Origin: Corynebacterium glutamicum ATCC 13032
Lineage (GTDB): Bacteria; Actinomycetota; Actinomycetes; Mycobacteriales; Mycobacteriaceae
Length of the DNA stretch: 32,000 bases
Direction of reading: 5' to 3'
Assembly: GCF_000011325.1 (NCBI RefSeq)
Contig: NC_003450.3
Location: 3,030,001-3,062,000, forward strand
Shown here one piece after another: positions 17,191 through 26,635 of this stretch. The notes under the pieces were generated by a model. It was given only the letters and a program-made list of their open reading frames with translations. It searched no databases and was not told the DNA's origin. The position numbers and the translations under genes were made by a program. The first letter of the stretch is position 1; the number at the start of each line of letters is the position of its first letter.

Positions 17191-17233
17191 TATTTCAACA
17201 TGCGAGTTTAGCGGAAAGGTGTGGGCTGTTTTT

Positions 17234-18052
17234 ATGAAGCGATCTGCAACGGTCCTCATTATTGCGGGCGTGCTGTTCCTCATTTTTGCCTTCACGGTAC
17301 CGCCGTATGTGACTGGTCAGGCGCGGACGATTCCGAAGGATTTGGATCTGACGTTGGTGAGCGAAAGTCCGCAGGGGTTTGTGCGCACTGAACATATTGT
17401 GACTGCTCCGACGGAAAAGGTCGATGAGATCGCGACGCATGTGGATCAGACAGTTACGGATGTGCAGGGGAAAACTGTTGCGGAAATTTCGGATGATGTG
17501 GTGTTGATTGGACACTCTCGTTATCCGGTGATTAAGCCGACTGCCACCATTTCGGGTTCGCCGGCGGATAGTAGCAATGTGGTGCGGGAGGGGTTGCATT
17601 ACTTCTTCCCGGCTAATACGTTGCGGAATTCTTATCCCTATTATGACATCGTATTGGGTGAGGATTCCCCGGTGGATTATGTCTCGCGCGAGGGCAATAC
17701 TTATACCTTCTACCAGCATCTTCGTTATGTTCCATTGGATGATTCTCACACCTATTCGGTGGAGCGGACCCTGAAAGTGGATCGTTTTTCCGGCATCATT
17801 GTGGCTAAAGATGAGGCGATGACGTTTCATGGCCCAGACGGCGATGACACAGTAGAATTCACTTATACTGCGGATACGTTGAAGCTTCTGCAGGATCATG
17901 CGCATGATATTGATCAGCGGTTGTCGTGGGCTAAGGGGTTTGATTTCTTTTCTAAATTCTTAGGCCTGTCGTTGCTTGCGATTGGTGTGTTCCTCACGGG
18001 AATTTTCAAGCGCGGCCAGCTGATGAGCACTGTGAATAAACTCAGGAGTTAA
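17234..18052 (+). CDS. Membrane-anchored protein (DUF3068/PorA-family-like), NCgl2760/Rv0227c-like and implicated in lipomannan/LAM maturation
   Basis: The likely start is ATG 17234 (MKRSATVLIIAGVLFLIFAF). It has N- and C-terminal TM segments around a soluble domain. The function call rests on gene order and recalled literature. Confidence 0.6.
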   Translation: MKRSATVLIIAGVLFLIFAFTVPPYVTGQARTIPKDLDLTLVSESPQGFVRTEHIVTAPTEKVDEIATHVDQTVTDVQGKTVAEISDDVVLIGHSRYPVIKPTATISGSPADSSNVVREGLHYFFPANTLRNSYPYYDIVLGEDSPVDYVSREGNTYTFYQHLRYVPLDDSHTYSVERTLKVDRFSGIIVAKDEAMTFHGPDGDDTVEFTYTADTLKLLQDHAHDIDQRLSWAKGFDFFSKFLGLSLLAIGVFLTGIFKRGQLMSTVNKLRS

Positions 18053-18058
18053 ATCCTT

Positions 18059-19483
18059 ATGACCCCGACCCGCCGTATCCTGCTGTGGGCATGGACGACT
18101 GTGCTTTTGGGTTCTTTGCTGTGGCCGTTGGCTGCGCCTGGCGAGTTGTTGTTGCGGGATATGTCGGTGGTGGACCATCCTGCGTTGTCGTTGAATGCGT
18201 TGGGTTTTGGTGATTTGCCGTCGCGGAACGCCCCGCAGGATGGTGTGCTGGCGTTGCTTGGCTTTTTGCCGGTGAGTTGGATCGTTCGAACCATGCTGCT
18301 TGTGGCGGGTTTCGCGGGCGCGTGGGGTGCGATGCGCCTTGGGCCTTCCAAGTTTTTGGCCGTTACCGTGGCGATTTACAATCCCTTCGTGGTGGAGCGT
18401 CTGCTGCAGGGCCATTGGTCGTTGGTGATGGCGGTGTGGCTGTTGCCGCTGGTTGTGGCGCTGCGCAGGCATCCGCGTTGGCAGGTTGTGGCGATCTGGG
18501 CGGCGTCGTTGACGCCCACGGGTGCGGTGGTTGCGGCGGTCACGGGCGTGGCGAGTTCTAAAAGAAAACGCTTTACGACGCTATGTTCCTTCCTTTCGTG
18601 GCTTCCTTGGCTAATACCTGCGCTTCTTGCCACCCCCACTTCGGGAGGTGCGCTGACCTTCGCCATTCGTTCTGAAACATATGCAGGAACGTTGGGAACT
18701 GCGCTGGGCCTGGGTGGAATTTGGAACGCGGGGGCCGTGCCGGCCTCACGCGAACTGGGTTTCGCGGTTGCTGGAATTTTGTTATTTGCGATTCTGCTGG
18801 CGGGTTTCAAAAACTGTCCGTGGGTTCTCGCACTGCTGGCGGTCGTAGGTTTTATGGGGGCGATCGGTCCGTGGCTGATGCCGAATCTGTTCACGTGGAC
18901 CATCGCATATGTTCCAGGCGCCGCGCTGTTTAGGGATTCTCAAAAACTCCTCATGCTGGCTATCCCTGCCTATGTGTGTTTGGCCGCCGGGGTGAAAAGC
19001 CCACTGTCGTGGGTGGCTACCGGTTTGGCGTTGCTCCAGATTCCTGATGCACCACGTGAGGTTTCCGTGATACGCCCAAGTTCAGCGCATGTGGAATCAG
19101 TGGAAGCACTGGCAGAAATCGCTGATGGCCGCGACATCTTAATCATCGGCCAAGGCCCCTTGGTGACCCGCGAGGATGGGATCCCGGTTGTCGATCCCAA
19201 AACCAAAGCCCTCTCCGTGGTGGAATCCGGCGAACTGCGTGTGGACGGAATCATCACCGACGCGCCCTCACAGCGGTGGACCGAAGCAACGCAGGCATGG
19301 GCGGCCGGGGATATCGAGCGCCTTGAAGAACTTGGCGTTGGTGTCGTGGTGGATGGAGATACGATCACAGAAACTGGCGCACCACCGCAGCATGGCTGGA
19401 AATACTACCTCGGTGTGGGCCTGACCGTGCTGTGGATGGCGTTGCCGCTGGGACTACTTTTTCGACGCAAGACCAAGAAGTAG
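18059..19483 (+). CDS. Polytopic integral membrane protein of unknown function (Rv0226c/NCgl2761-like)
   Basis: 474 aa with at least 10 hydrophobic segments, followed by a soluble C-terminal domain and a final TM segment. The ATG lies 6 nt after the upstream stop, with AGGAG 11 nt upstream. Confidence 0.6.
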   Translation: MTPTRRILLWAWTTVLLGSLLWPLAAPGELLLRDMSVVDHPALSLNALGFGDLPSRNAPQDGVLALLGFLPVSWIVRTMLLVAGFAGAWGAMRLGPSKFLAVTVAIYNPFVVERLLQGHWSLVMAVWLLPLVVALRRHPRWQVVAIWAASLTPTGAVVAAVTGVASSKRKRFTTLCSFLSWLPWLIPALLATPTSGGALTFAIRSETYAGTLGTALGLGGIWNAGAVPASRELGFAVAGILLFAILLAGFKNCPWVLALLAVVGFMGAIGPWLMPNLFTWTIAYVPGAALFRDSQKLLMLAIPAYVCLAAGVKSPLSWVATGLALLQIPDAPREVSVIRPSSAHVESVEALAEIADGRDILIIGQGPLVTREDGIPVVDPKTKALSVVESGELRVDGIITDAPSQRWTEATQAWAAGDIERLEELGVGVVVDGDTITETGAPPQHGWKYYLGVGLTVLWMALPLGLLFRRKTKK

Positions 19484-20557
19484 TTCCTCGAACTGCGCTC
19501 CCGCGGTGTCCCACTTGTAGTTTTCGGCGCGCTGCTTCGCGCTGGCGCCGAGCTTGGAGCGGAGGGAGGCGTCGATAAGCAGGGTTTTGGTGGCTGAAAT
19601 AAGCTCGGCCTTGGAGTCGACAAGCAGGCCGGTTTCGCCGTCGACGACGGAATCGCGCAGGCCGCCTGAGCTTCGGTAACCGATCGTCGGAACGCCGTGC
19701 TGCGCCGCCTCCGTGACCGCCAGGCCCCAGCCTTCCTTGCGCGAAGGCATGAGATGAATCGTGGCGCGCTCCAGCAGGGCGTGCTTGTGATCCTCGGCGA
19801 CCTGGCCGTGGAAAACCACGCGATCGCTCACACCCAGCGTGCGGGCATAATCGACCAGTTCCTCCTGCCACCAACCGCTTCCGACTACATCCAGCACCAC
19901 GCCGTCGAGCGCCGCGACGACATCCATCGCATGCTCAATCTGCTTGTGCGGAACCAGGCGCGACAACGTCACCGCATGCTGGCCATCGCGATCCAGCTTC
20001 GGCGTGTGCAGCGGCACGGGATCCACGCCATTGCGCACGATATGAATCCGCTGCTGATCCACACCCAACGCAATGAGCTCCTCAGCGCTCGGCTCTGAAA
20101 CAGTCACATACGGCGCAGTTTTGTAAGCGCGCGGCGCGATCTGGCTCTCAATCAGCCAACCAACCTTCGCCAGCACCCGACCCACCACCGGCCACTGCTC
20201 CTTATGGCAATGATGCGTGAGCAACACAGTCGGCTTACCGGAGAAAAACTTTCCAAAAAACGGAATGCCATTCTGCGTATCCACCACCACATCAACCTTG
20301 GAAAACGTGCCAATCCCCACACGACCCAACATCATGGCCACCCACGCCTTGGGATACACACTAAACTTCCCACCGCTCCTGGAATACCTCACACCATCGC
20401 GGAAAGAACGCCGTGGCGCATCCGTGTGCCCAGCAGTACGAAACACCACCTCATGGCCCTGATCCGCCAAAAACTCACCCACCCGCTCCAGATAGCGTTC
20501 ACTTCCGCCACCTTGAGGATGAGTGGTATCACGCCAGCACAACAAAAGGATCTTCAT
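19454..20557 (-). CDS. GT4-family glycosyltransferase (Rv0225-like)
   Basis: The likely start is ATG 20557 (MKILLLCWRDTTHPQGGGSERY). The GT4 E-x7-E region EGWGLAVTEAAQHGVPTIG is present. The ORF-track extension to 20821 has no homology-like sequence. Confidence 0.85.
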   Translation of the reverse strand: MKILLLCWRDTTHPQGGGSERYLERVGEFLADQGHEVVFRTAGHTDAPRRSFRDGVRYSRSGGKFSVYPKAWVAMMLGRVGIGTFSKVDVVVDTQNGIPFFGKFFSGKPTVLLTHHCHKEQWPVVGRVLAKVGWLIESQIAPRAYKTAPYVTVSEPSAEELIALGVDQQRIHIVRNGVDPVPLHTPKLDRDGQHAVTLSRLVPHKQIEHAMDVVAALDGVVLDVVGSGWWQEELVDYARTLGVSDRVVFHGQVAEDHKHALLERATIHLMPSRKEGWGLAVTEAAQHGVPTIGYRSSGGLRDSVVDGETGLLVDSKAELISATKTLLIDASLRSKLGASAKQRAENYKWDTAGAQFEELLLGLASKK

Positions 20558-20603
20558 AGGGTTATTCAGTCTAGCTGCTTTTAAACAAGCCATAATGGAA
20601 GCC

Positions 20604-21194
20604 ATGGCCACAACGATCACCGTTTTCTCTCCCACCCACTCCCCCGCACAAATCCGCGAAACCATCCTCAGCGCCGCGAAAGAAGACGACGTGGACTTCC
20701 TCGGAGTCCCCTTTACCCACCCCAGAAACGTCACCATCGAAGTCGACGACGAACTGATCAACGACTGCTTAGGCTGGCTCGACGACGTGGCACTCGCCTC
20801 CGGCCTGGGCATCCAATACAACGACGAAGTGCTCCGCTACGGCGACGAAGACATTTCCTTTACCGTCCAAACCAAAAATGACGATGACGCCCGCATCGGC
20901 GCCTCCCGCCTTGGACTCGAGCACCAGTTGAACGTCATTGCCGGGGGCTCTGGAGATTCCGGGGATTCCGGGGATTATTTGAAGATTGCACACTTCGACC
21001 TAGACAACCCCGCCGACGAGTCCTCCTACATCTCCGCGCGCAGCCTCGCAGAAGTAGACGGCTGGACCCTAGAATTCGGCGTCGCAGGAGTAAAAAACAC
21101 CACCATTGTTTCCTCCATCGACGATGCCATCACCACCATTTTGCGATGGATGAACGGCGAAGACATCCGCGACCTCAACTGGACCCGCGCATAA
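20604..21194 (+). CDS. Acidic cytoplasmic hypothetical protein. The start is ATG 20604 or 20595.
   Basis: About 196 aa with no TM segment, rich in Asp and Glu. It contains GDSGDSGD, encoded by a 9-bp tandem repeat at 20952-20976. Its TAA stop is immediately followed by the ATG of the next gene. Confidence 0.6.
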   Translation: MATTITVFSPTHSPAQIRETILSAAKEDDVDFLGVPFTHPRNVTIEVDDELINDCLGWLDDVALASGLGIQYNDEVLRYGDEDISFTVQTKNDDDARIGASRLGLEHQLNVIAGGSGDSGDSGDYLKIAHFDLDNPADESSYISARSLAEVDGWTLEFGVAGVKNTTIVSSIDDAITTILRWMNGEDIRDLNWTRA

Positions 21195-21968
21195 ATGGCC
21201 TCATTTCCGGAGCTTCCGGCTCTTCGTCGCTTGGCTACCTTGGGCAGGTCGTGGGGTTTACTGTCTGATTTCAAATACGAACAAACCCGACCTGACATCT
21301 TTTACGGAAACCTGGCCCTCGATACCTCGAGTCTGGTGGCGGCTTTGTCTGAAGATATTTCTGGCGCCGGATTAAATGACCTGAAAGTTCTCGACGTCGG
21401 CGGCGGACCCGGATACTTCGCCGAAGCCTTTGAGACACTGGGCGCCACCTACTTCTCCGTCGAACCCGACGTTGGCGAAATGTCCGCAGCTGGCATCGAC
21501 GTCCACGGATCAGTCCGCGGATCCGGCCTCGACCTGCCGTTTCTTCCCGATTCCTTTGACGTGGTGTACTCCTCCAACGTTGCAGAACATGTCTCCGCAC
21601 CGTGGGAATTGGGAGAAGAAATGCTCCGCGTCACCCGCAGCGGCGGCCTGGCAATCCTGAGCTACACCATTTGGTTAGGGCCCTTCGGCGGCCATGAAAC
21701 CGGACTGTGGGAACACTACGTTGGCGGAGAATTTGCCCGCGATCGCTACACGAAGAAACACGGGCACCCGCCTAAGAACGTTTTCGGGGAGTCACTGTTT
21801 AATGTGTCCTGCCGGGAGGGGCTGGAATGGGGAGCCTCCGTGGGCAATGCGGAATTGGTTGCCGCTTTTCCCCGCTACCACCCGTATTGGGTCTGGTGGA
21901 TGGTTAAAGTCCCAGTGCTCCGAGAATTCGCGGTAAGTAACTTGGTGTTGGTGTTTAAAAAGCACTGA
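21195..21968 (+). CDS. mtrP: Class I SAM-dependent methyltransferase (MtrP/Rv0224c-like)
   Basis: SAM motif I VLDVGGGPGYF and post-I/II motifs are present. Length is 257 aa. Position corresponds to NCgl2764 as I recall. Confidence 0.8.
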   Translation: MASFPELPALRRLATLGRSWGLLSDFKYEQTRPDIFYGNLALDTSSLVAALSEDISGAGLNDLKVLDVGGGPGYFAEAFETLGATYFSVEPDVGEMSAAGIDVHGSVRGSGLDLPFLPDSFDVVYSSNVAEHVSAPWELGEEMLRVTRSGGLAILSYTIWLGPFGGHETGLWEHYVGGEFARDRYTKKHGHPPKNVFGESLFNVSCREGLEWGASVGNAELVAAFPRYHPYWVWWMVKVPVLREFAVSNLVLVFKKH

Positions 21969-21996
21969 GGTTTTGAGGAATTCATCGCTTAACGAC

Positions 21997-22031
21997 AAGA
22001 AAGGCTCCCACTTTCGGTGGGAGCCTTTCTT
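21997..22031. terminator. Bidirectional terminator between mtrP-like gene and pck
   Basis: Perfect 15-bp stem: aagaaaggctcccac (21997-22011) pairs with gtgggagcctttctt (22017-22031). The loop is tttcg. Confidence 0.9.
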
Positions 22032-22059
22032 GTTATTTAGCAGTTCTTAAGCGTGAACT

Positions 22060-23892
22060 TTAAGCGTGAGCTGCTGAAATGCGGGCCTTCAGAGCATCGA
22101 ACTGGCTGTGAACCTCTGCAGGAACACGTGGTCCGAGGAAAGTGAGGTACTCGGCGTTGTCTTCAACGTCGTTTGCCCACTGCTCTGCAGGAGCGGTCAG
22201 TGCTTCCTTGACATCCTCAATTGGGGTGTCGAGGCCGTCGAGGTCGAGGTCTTCGGCCTTAGCGGTGTGTCCAACAACGGTCTCGTCTGCGCCAACGTGG
22301 CCTTCGATGCGGTCGATGACCCACTTCAGAACGCGAGAGTTGTCGCCGAAGCCAGGCCACAGGAAGCGTCCATCTTCGCCACGGCGGAACCAGTTGACCA
22401 GGAAGATGGATGGCATCTTGTCGCCACCCTTGTTACCCATGTCAATCCAGTTCTGCAGGTATTCACCAGCGTTGTAGCCAATGAATGGGAGCATTGCCAT
22501 TGGGTCGTGGCGGAGTGTGCCGACCTTTGCTTCTGCGGAAGCTGCGGTCTGACCGGATGCGAGCAGTGCACCAACCATGGTGCCGTGCTCCCAGTCGTAG
22601 GTCTGGGTAACCAGTGGGACGGTGTCTGCGCGACGTCCACCGAAGAGGATTGCGTCGATCTTGACGCCTTCCCAGTCGTTGAACTCAGGTGCTGCTGCTG
22701 GGGACTGGTCGATTGCTACGCAGTAACGGGAGTTAGGGTGAGCAGCGTTTTCGTCGGACTCTGGGGTCCAGTCGTTGCCCATCCAGTCAATGAGGTGAGC
22801 TGGGGCGTCGCCGTCCATGCCTTCCCACCAGATGTCGCCGTCGTCGGTGAGTGCCACGTTGGTGAACAGGGTGTTGCCTGGTTCCATGGTCTTCATCGCG
22901 ATTGGGTTGGATGCGTAGTTGGTGCCTGGAGCAACACCGAAGAAACCATTTTCTGGGTTAACTGCGTAGAGGCCGTCCTCGCGCAGCTTCAGCCAAGCGA
23001 TGTCGTCGCCAACAACCTGAGCGGTCCAGCCTGGGATGGTTGGAGTGATCATGGCGAGGTTGGTCTTGCCACAAGCAGATGGGAATGCTGCTGCGATGTG
23101 GTACGCCTTGCCCTCTGGGTTGATCAGCTTCAGGATGAGCATGTGCTCAGCCATCCATCCTTCTTCGCGAGCCATGACAGATGCGATACGCAGTGCGTAG
23201 CACTTCTTTGCCAGGATTGCGTTTCCGCCGTAGCCGGAACCGTAGGACCAAATTTCCTTGGTCTCTGGGAACTGGGTGATGTACTTGGTGTCGTTGCAAG
23301 GCCATGCAACGTCTTCCTGGCCTGGCTCCAAAGGAGCACCAACGGAGTGGAGGCACCTGACGAAGCTGCCGTTCGCGCCGATCTTGTCCAGCGCTTCAAT
23401 ACCCATGCGGGTCATGATGCGCATGGACATGACAACGTACTCGGAGTCAGTGAGCTGCACACCAAGCTTAGGGTCCGGATCGCTGATTGGACCCATGCAG
23501 AAAGGCACGACGTACATGGTGCGCCCCTTCATGGAACCAGCGTAATGCTTGGACATTTCGTCCTTCATTGCCTGTGGTGGAGCCCAGTTGTTGGTTGGGC
23601 CAGCATCTTCTTCCTTCTCGGAGCAGATGAAGGTGCGGGACTCAACGCGCGCAACGTCAGATGGGTTGGAACGAGCTAGGTAGCTGTTCGGACGCTTTTC
23701 CTCGTTGAGCTTGATGAGGGTACCGGCTTCAACAAGATCCTCCGCCATGCGATCCCACTCAGCCTGGGATCCATCAACGAACACAACAGCCTCAGGCTGG
23801 AAGAGCTCGACGGCGTCTGCGATCCAGTTCAGCAGTTCCTTATTCTTGGTCGGCGCCTCGCCCTGAAGGCCCCTGATTGCAGCAGTAGTCAT
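22060..23892 (-). CDS. pck: Phosphoenolpyruvate carboxykinase (GTP)
   Basis: 610 aa with GTP-PEPCK signatures: [12 protein letters not shown] kinase-1a P-loop, WLKLREDG and NWFR. SD GGAGAA lies upstream of ATG 23892. Confidence 0.97.
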   Translation of the reverse strand: MTTAAIRGLQGEAPTKNKELLNWIADAVELFQPEAVVFVDGSQAEWDRMAEDLVEAGTLIKLNEEKRPNSYLARSNPSDVARVESRTFICSEKEEDAGPTNNWAPPQAMKDEMSKHYAGSMKGRTMYVVPFCMGPISDPDPKLGVQLTDSEYVVMSMRIMTRMGIEALDKIGANGSFVRCLHSVGAPLEPGQEDVAWPCNDTKYITQFPETKEIWSYGSGYGGNAILAKKCYALRIASVMAREEGWMAEHMLILKLINPEGKAYHIAAAFPSACGKTNLAMITPTIPGWTAQVVGDDIAWLKLREDGLYAVNPENGFFGVAPGTNYASNPIAMKTMEPGNTLFTNVALTDDGDIWWEGMDGDAPAHLIDWMGNDWTPESDENAAHPNSRYCVAIDQSPAAAPEFNDWEGVKIDAILFGGRRADTVPLVTQTYDWEHGTMVGALLASGQTAASAEAKVGTLRHDPMAMLPFIGYNAGEYLQNWIDMGNKGGDKMPSIFLVNWFRRGEDGRFLWPGFGDNSRVLKWVIDRIEGHVGADETVVGHTAKAEDLDLDGLDTPIEDVKEALTAPAEQWANDVEDNAEYLTFLGPRVPAEVHSQFDALKARISAAHA

Positions 23893-24753
23893 TACTTCTC
23901 CAGATTTTGTGTCATTCGACAGAGTTCTCGCCCCCTAGCGTAGCTTTCAGATACAGAACTAGTTAAAACTTTAGGTGAGACAACGGACACATTTGTCATT
24001 ACCAGTGGACCTACCCCCTGCCCACACGCATCTACACACTTTCTTTAATATGAGAGCACCCGTTTAAATAGCCTATTTTGGGGGTGGTTTCAAGAATTAA
24101 CCTCAACCGTTCTCCGACAGTTCATTCCCCGTCCATGGCCATTGGGTTCAGATTTGGGCAATTCTCACACATTCCAGGGGACAACTTTCCCAGTTTTCCC
24201 ACCATTAACACTTAACATTCGGACAATAGGCAACAAAACGCCAAGAACAGCGGTAATGGTAATCCCTTTCCCTTACCCTGCCATCACAATCCAAGCACTC
24301 CGCTAGTGGCCGACCAGCACAAACCGGCCCACTGTCAGTACACACCTTTTTAAAACAACATTTACACTCACATGCATGCCCGCACTGTCACCACCCGCCC
24401 TCAACTACCGAACTAAAGATATGTACTTGAAGCCAAATTTTTACCCTAGATCCCCCTTTTAAATACTTTGAAAATTACTCACACACATCCCCACGTTACC
24501 CCAAAGGTTATATCCAGTTAGTCGTATCAAAAAGTGCTCTGATCTTAACTTTGCCCTACCTAAATACATGACCCCACCACGACGGCCAGTACTAACGACA
24601 GAATCCACTAGCGAACCCATTTATTAACAAACATTGCAAACAAGTGTTGAAGTATTCGCGAAATTGCAACTTTTGGAGCCCAAAGGTCTAGACCAGTGAT
24701 CGAGCGCACAACGCTCCCATTTAGCGGTTTCACTGCCCCAAAGGCTTAAAGTA

Positions 24754-25773
24754 ATGGGCATGCCCACTCCTTCTTCGACCAAAAGCTACGCTGCGGTCTT
24801 ACCTCCACCTGGCCCCTCGTGGGCTGGTTCCCTCATGGGCATCTCATTGTTGTCATCACTGTTGAAAATCCATGGTTTTCCAGTCGTCGCAGATTTCTTC
24901 TTCGCGTTAGCTGTTGTGGTGGCAATTGTCATTATTGGCGGTTGGCTAATCTACCGCTCTCCTTCATTCAAAACTGAAGTCATGCCGGCATGGGCAATGC
25001 TGTCCATGGGTTTGATCGCATTGGGAACTGCAAGCCCCGTAGTTTTGGGTGATGATCTGTGGGGATTTATGTTTGTGTGCTGGTCTATTGGCACAGCCGT
25101 GGGACTTGTTGCCTATTCCTTATATATAACGGCCATTTTGCGATCTAAGGCGGGCACACCAACTTTTGCGTGGGGTCTTCCTCTTGTCACGCCGATGGTT
25201 GCTTCCACCTCGGCAGCACAACTCCATGAGCACTTTGAACTTCCGGCGATGCTGTGGGTTTCTTTCGGGCTCTTCCTTTTAACTTTGGCGTCTGCACCAG
25301 CAGTTTTTACCCGAGTGTATTTCTACTATTTCGGCCCCAAGGCGCAGGGCATCCCACTGATGGCAACACCAACATCATGGATTCCTTTGGGTATGGTGGG
25401 CCAATCCACTGCAGCAGCTCAGCTCATCGGTGCGTCCTTTGGATCCAAGACAGCAATCACAATGGGCATTATTTACGGCATCATCATGGGAATTTTTACG
25501 ATTCCTCTGGGAGCCATCGCTCACTTTGTGTTCTACAGAGCTGTTTTCAAAGGGGCGACATACAGCCCCACATGGTGGGCCAGTACCTTCCCAGTTGGCA
25601 CTTTGAGTTTGGGTGCGCATTTTTTATCACAGAGCACCGGAGTGGAGTGGTTTAACTACTTCAGCCTGTACTTGATTGCTTTAATGCTCTTTCATGTCAT
25701 CGTGTCCACCATCGCCGGTACGATTGCAGTAATGAGAAGAATCGTCGGAAAGCTTAAATCTCAACTGGCCTAA
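24754..25773 (+). CDS. TDT-family transporter (TehA/Mae1/SLAC1-like; tellurite resistance/dicarboxylate transporter family)
   Basis: 339 aa with about 10 TM segments. The sequence pattern is typical of the TehA family (PSWAGSLMG ... WWASTFPVGTLSLG). Confidence 0.7.
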   Translation: MGMPTPSSTKSYAAVLPPPGPSWAGSLMGISLLSSLLKIHGFPVVADFFFALAVVVAIVIIGGWLIYRSPSFKTEVMPAWAMLSMGLIALGTASPVVLGDDLWGFMFVCWSIGTAVGLVAYSLYITAILRSKAGTPTFAWGLPLVTPMVASTSAAQLHEHFELPAMLWVSFGLFLLTLASAPAVFTRVYFYYFGPKAQGIPLMATPTSWIPLGMVGQSTAAAQLIGASFGSKTAITMGIIYGIIMGIFTIPLGAIAHFVFYRAVFKGATYSPTWWASTFPVGTLSLGAHFLSQSTGVEWFNYFSLYLIALMLFHVIVSTIAGTIAVMRRIVGKLKSQLA

Positions 25774-25867
25774 ATTGCAGCGAGAGGTCTAAAAGGTAGT
25801 GCTCTAGGGATTCATCCAAACTCACGAATATTGAAGTTTTAAAGTTGAACAGGAAAAATAACAAATA

Positions 25868-26635
25868 ATGTCTATTTCTGATAATTCCCGCGATCAATTA
25901 GGAGAACTGCCAGCTGGTCGGCCTCTCCAATCCGATTTTGATAATGACCTCGACTACCCACGTCTAGGCAGTGTCACGTTTAGGCGTGGCACCCTCACTG
26001 AAAACCAGCAAACCATGTGGGATGAAAAGTGGCCTGAACTGGGTCGCGTCCTCGAAGATGAGCTGATTGATGTTGATGCGTGGTTCGGGCGCGAAGGCGC
26101 AAAAACCATCGTAGAGATCGGCTCTGGCACTGGAACTTCGACTGCTGCCATGGCTCCACTTGAGGCTGATACCAACATTGTCGCCGTCGAACTATACAAG
26201 CCGGGCTTGGCCAAGTTGATGGGCTCTGTTGTCCGTGGAGAGATCGACAACGTGCGCATGGTCCGCGGAGACGGCATCGAGGTGCTCAACCGCATGTTTG
26301 CCGATGGGTCCCTGGACGGCATCCGCGTATACTTCCCGGACCCTTGGCCAAAGGCGCGCCACAACAAGCGCCGCATCATCCAGTCTGGTCCGCTGAACCT
26401 GTTTGCAAAGAAGCTCAAGCCAGGTGGAGTTCTGCACGTTGCTACCGACCACGCTGATTACGCAGAGTGGATCAATGAGCTAGTTGAGGTCGAACCACTG
26501 CTTGAGTACAAAGGCTGGCCATGGGAGGAATGCCCTCAGCTGACTGACCGTCAGGTCATCACCAAGTTTGAAGGCAAAGGCTTGGAAAAAGATCACGTGA
26601 TCAATGAGTACTTGTGGCAGAAGGTGCAAAACTAA
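25868..26635 (+). CDS. trmB: tRNA (guanine46-N7)-methyltransferase
   Basis: TrmB motifs are present: [11 protein letters not shown] (SAM binding), [15 protein letters not shown] and FEGKG. Length is 255 aa. Confidence 0.9.

Noticed and set aside
17054-17233. Long N-terminal extensions suggested by the ORF track for 17054..18052, 16120..17295, 19454..20821 and 20523..21194
   Set aside because: Each extension overlaps the divergent neighbour and lacks family-like sequence. Conserved N-termini begin at the internal ATGs 17234, 17190, 20557 and 20595/20604.
22108-23679. A 523-aa ORF antisense to pck
   Set aside because: It lies exactly in the codon-complement frame of pck: its plus-strand triplets coincide with pck codons. 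Stops in that frame arise only from sense codons TTA, CTA and TCA, which a highly biased gene avoids. The product is Cys/Trp/Val-rich with no recognisable motif. It is a shadow ORF.
24545-24557. A RamB-like operator (ttAACTTTGCcct) in the pck upstream region
   Set aside because: Only the 8-nt core matches my recalled 13-bp motif, and it lies far (about 650 bp) from the pck start. I kept it as a note inside the intergenic finding, not as a feature.
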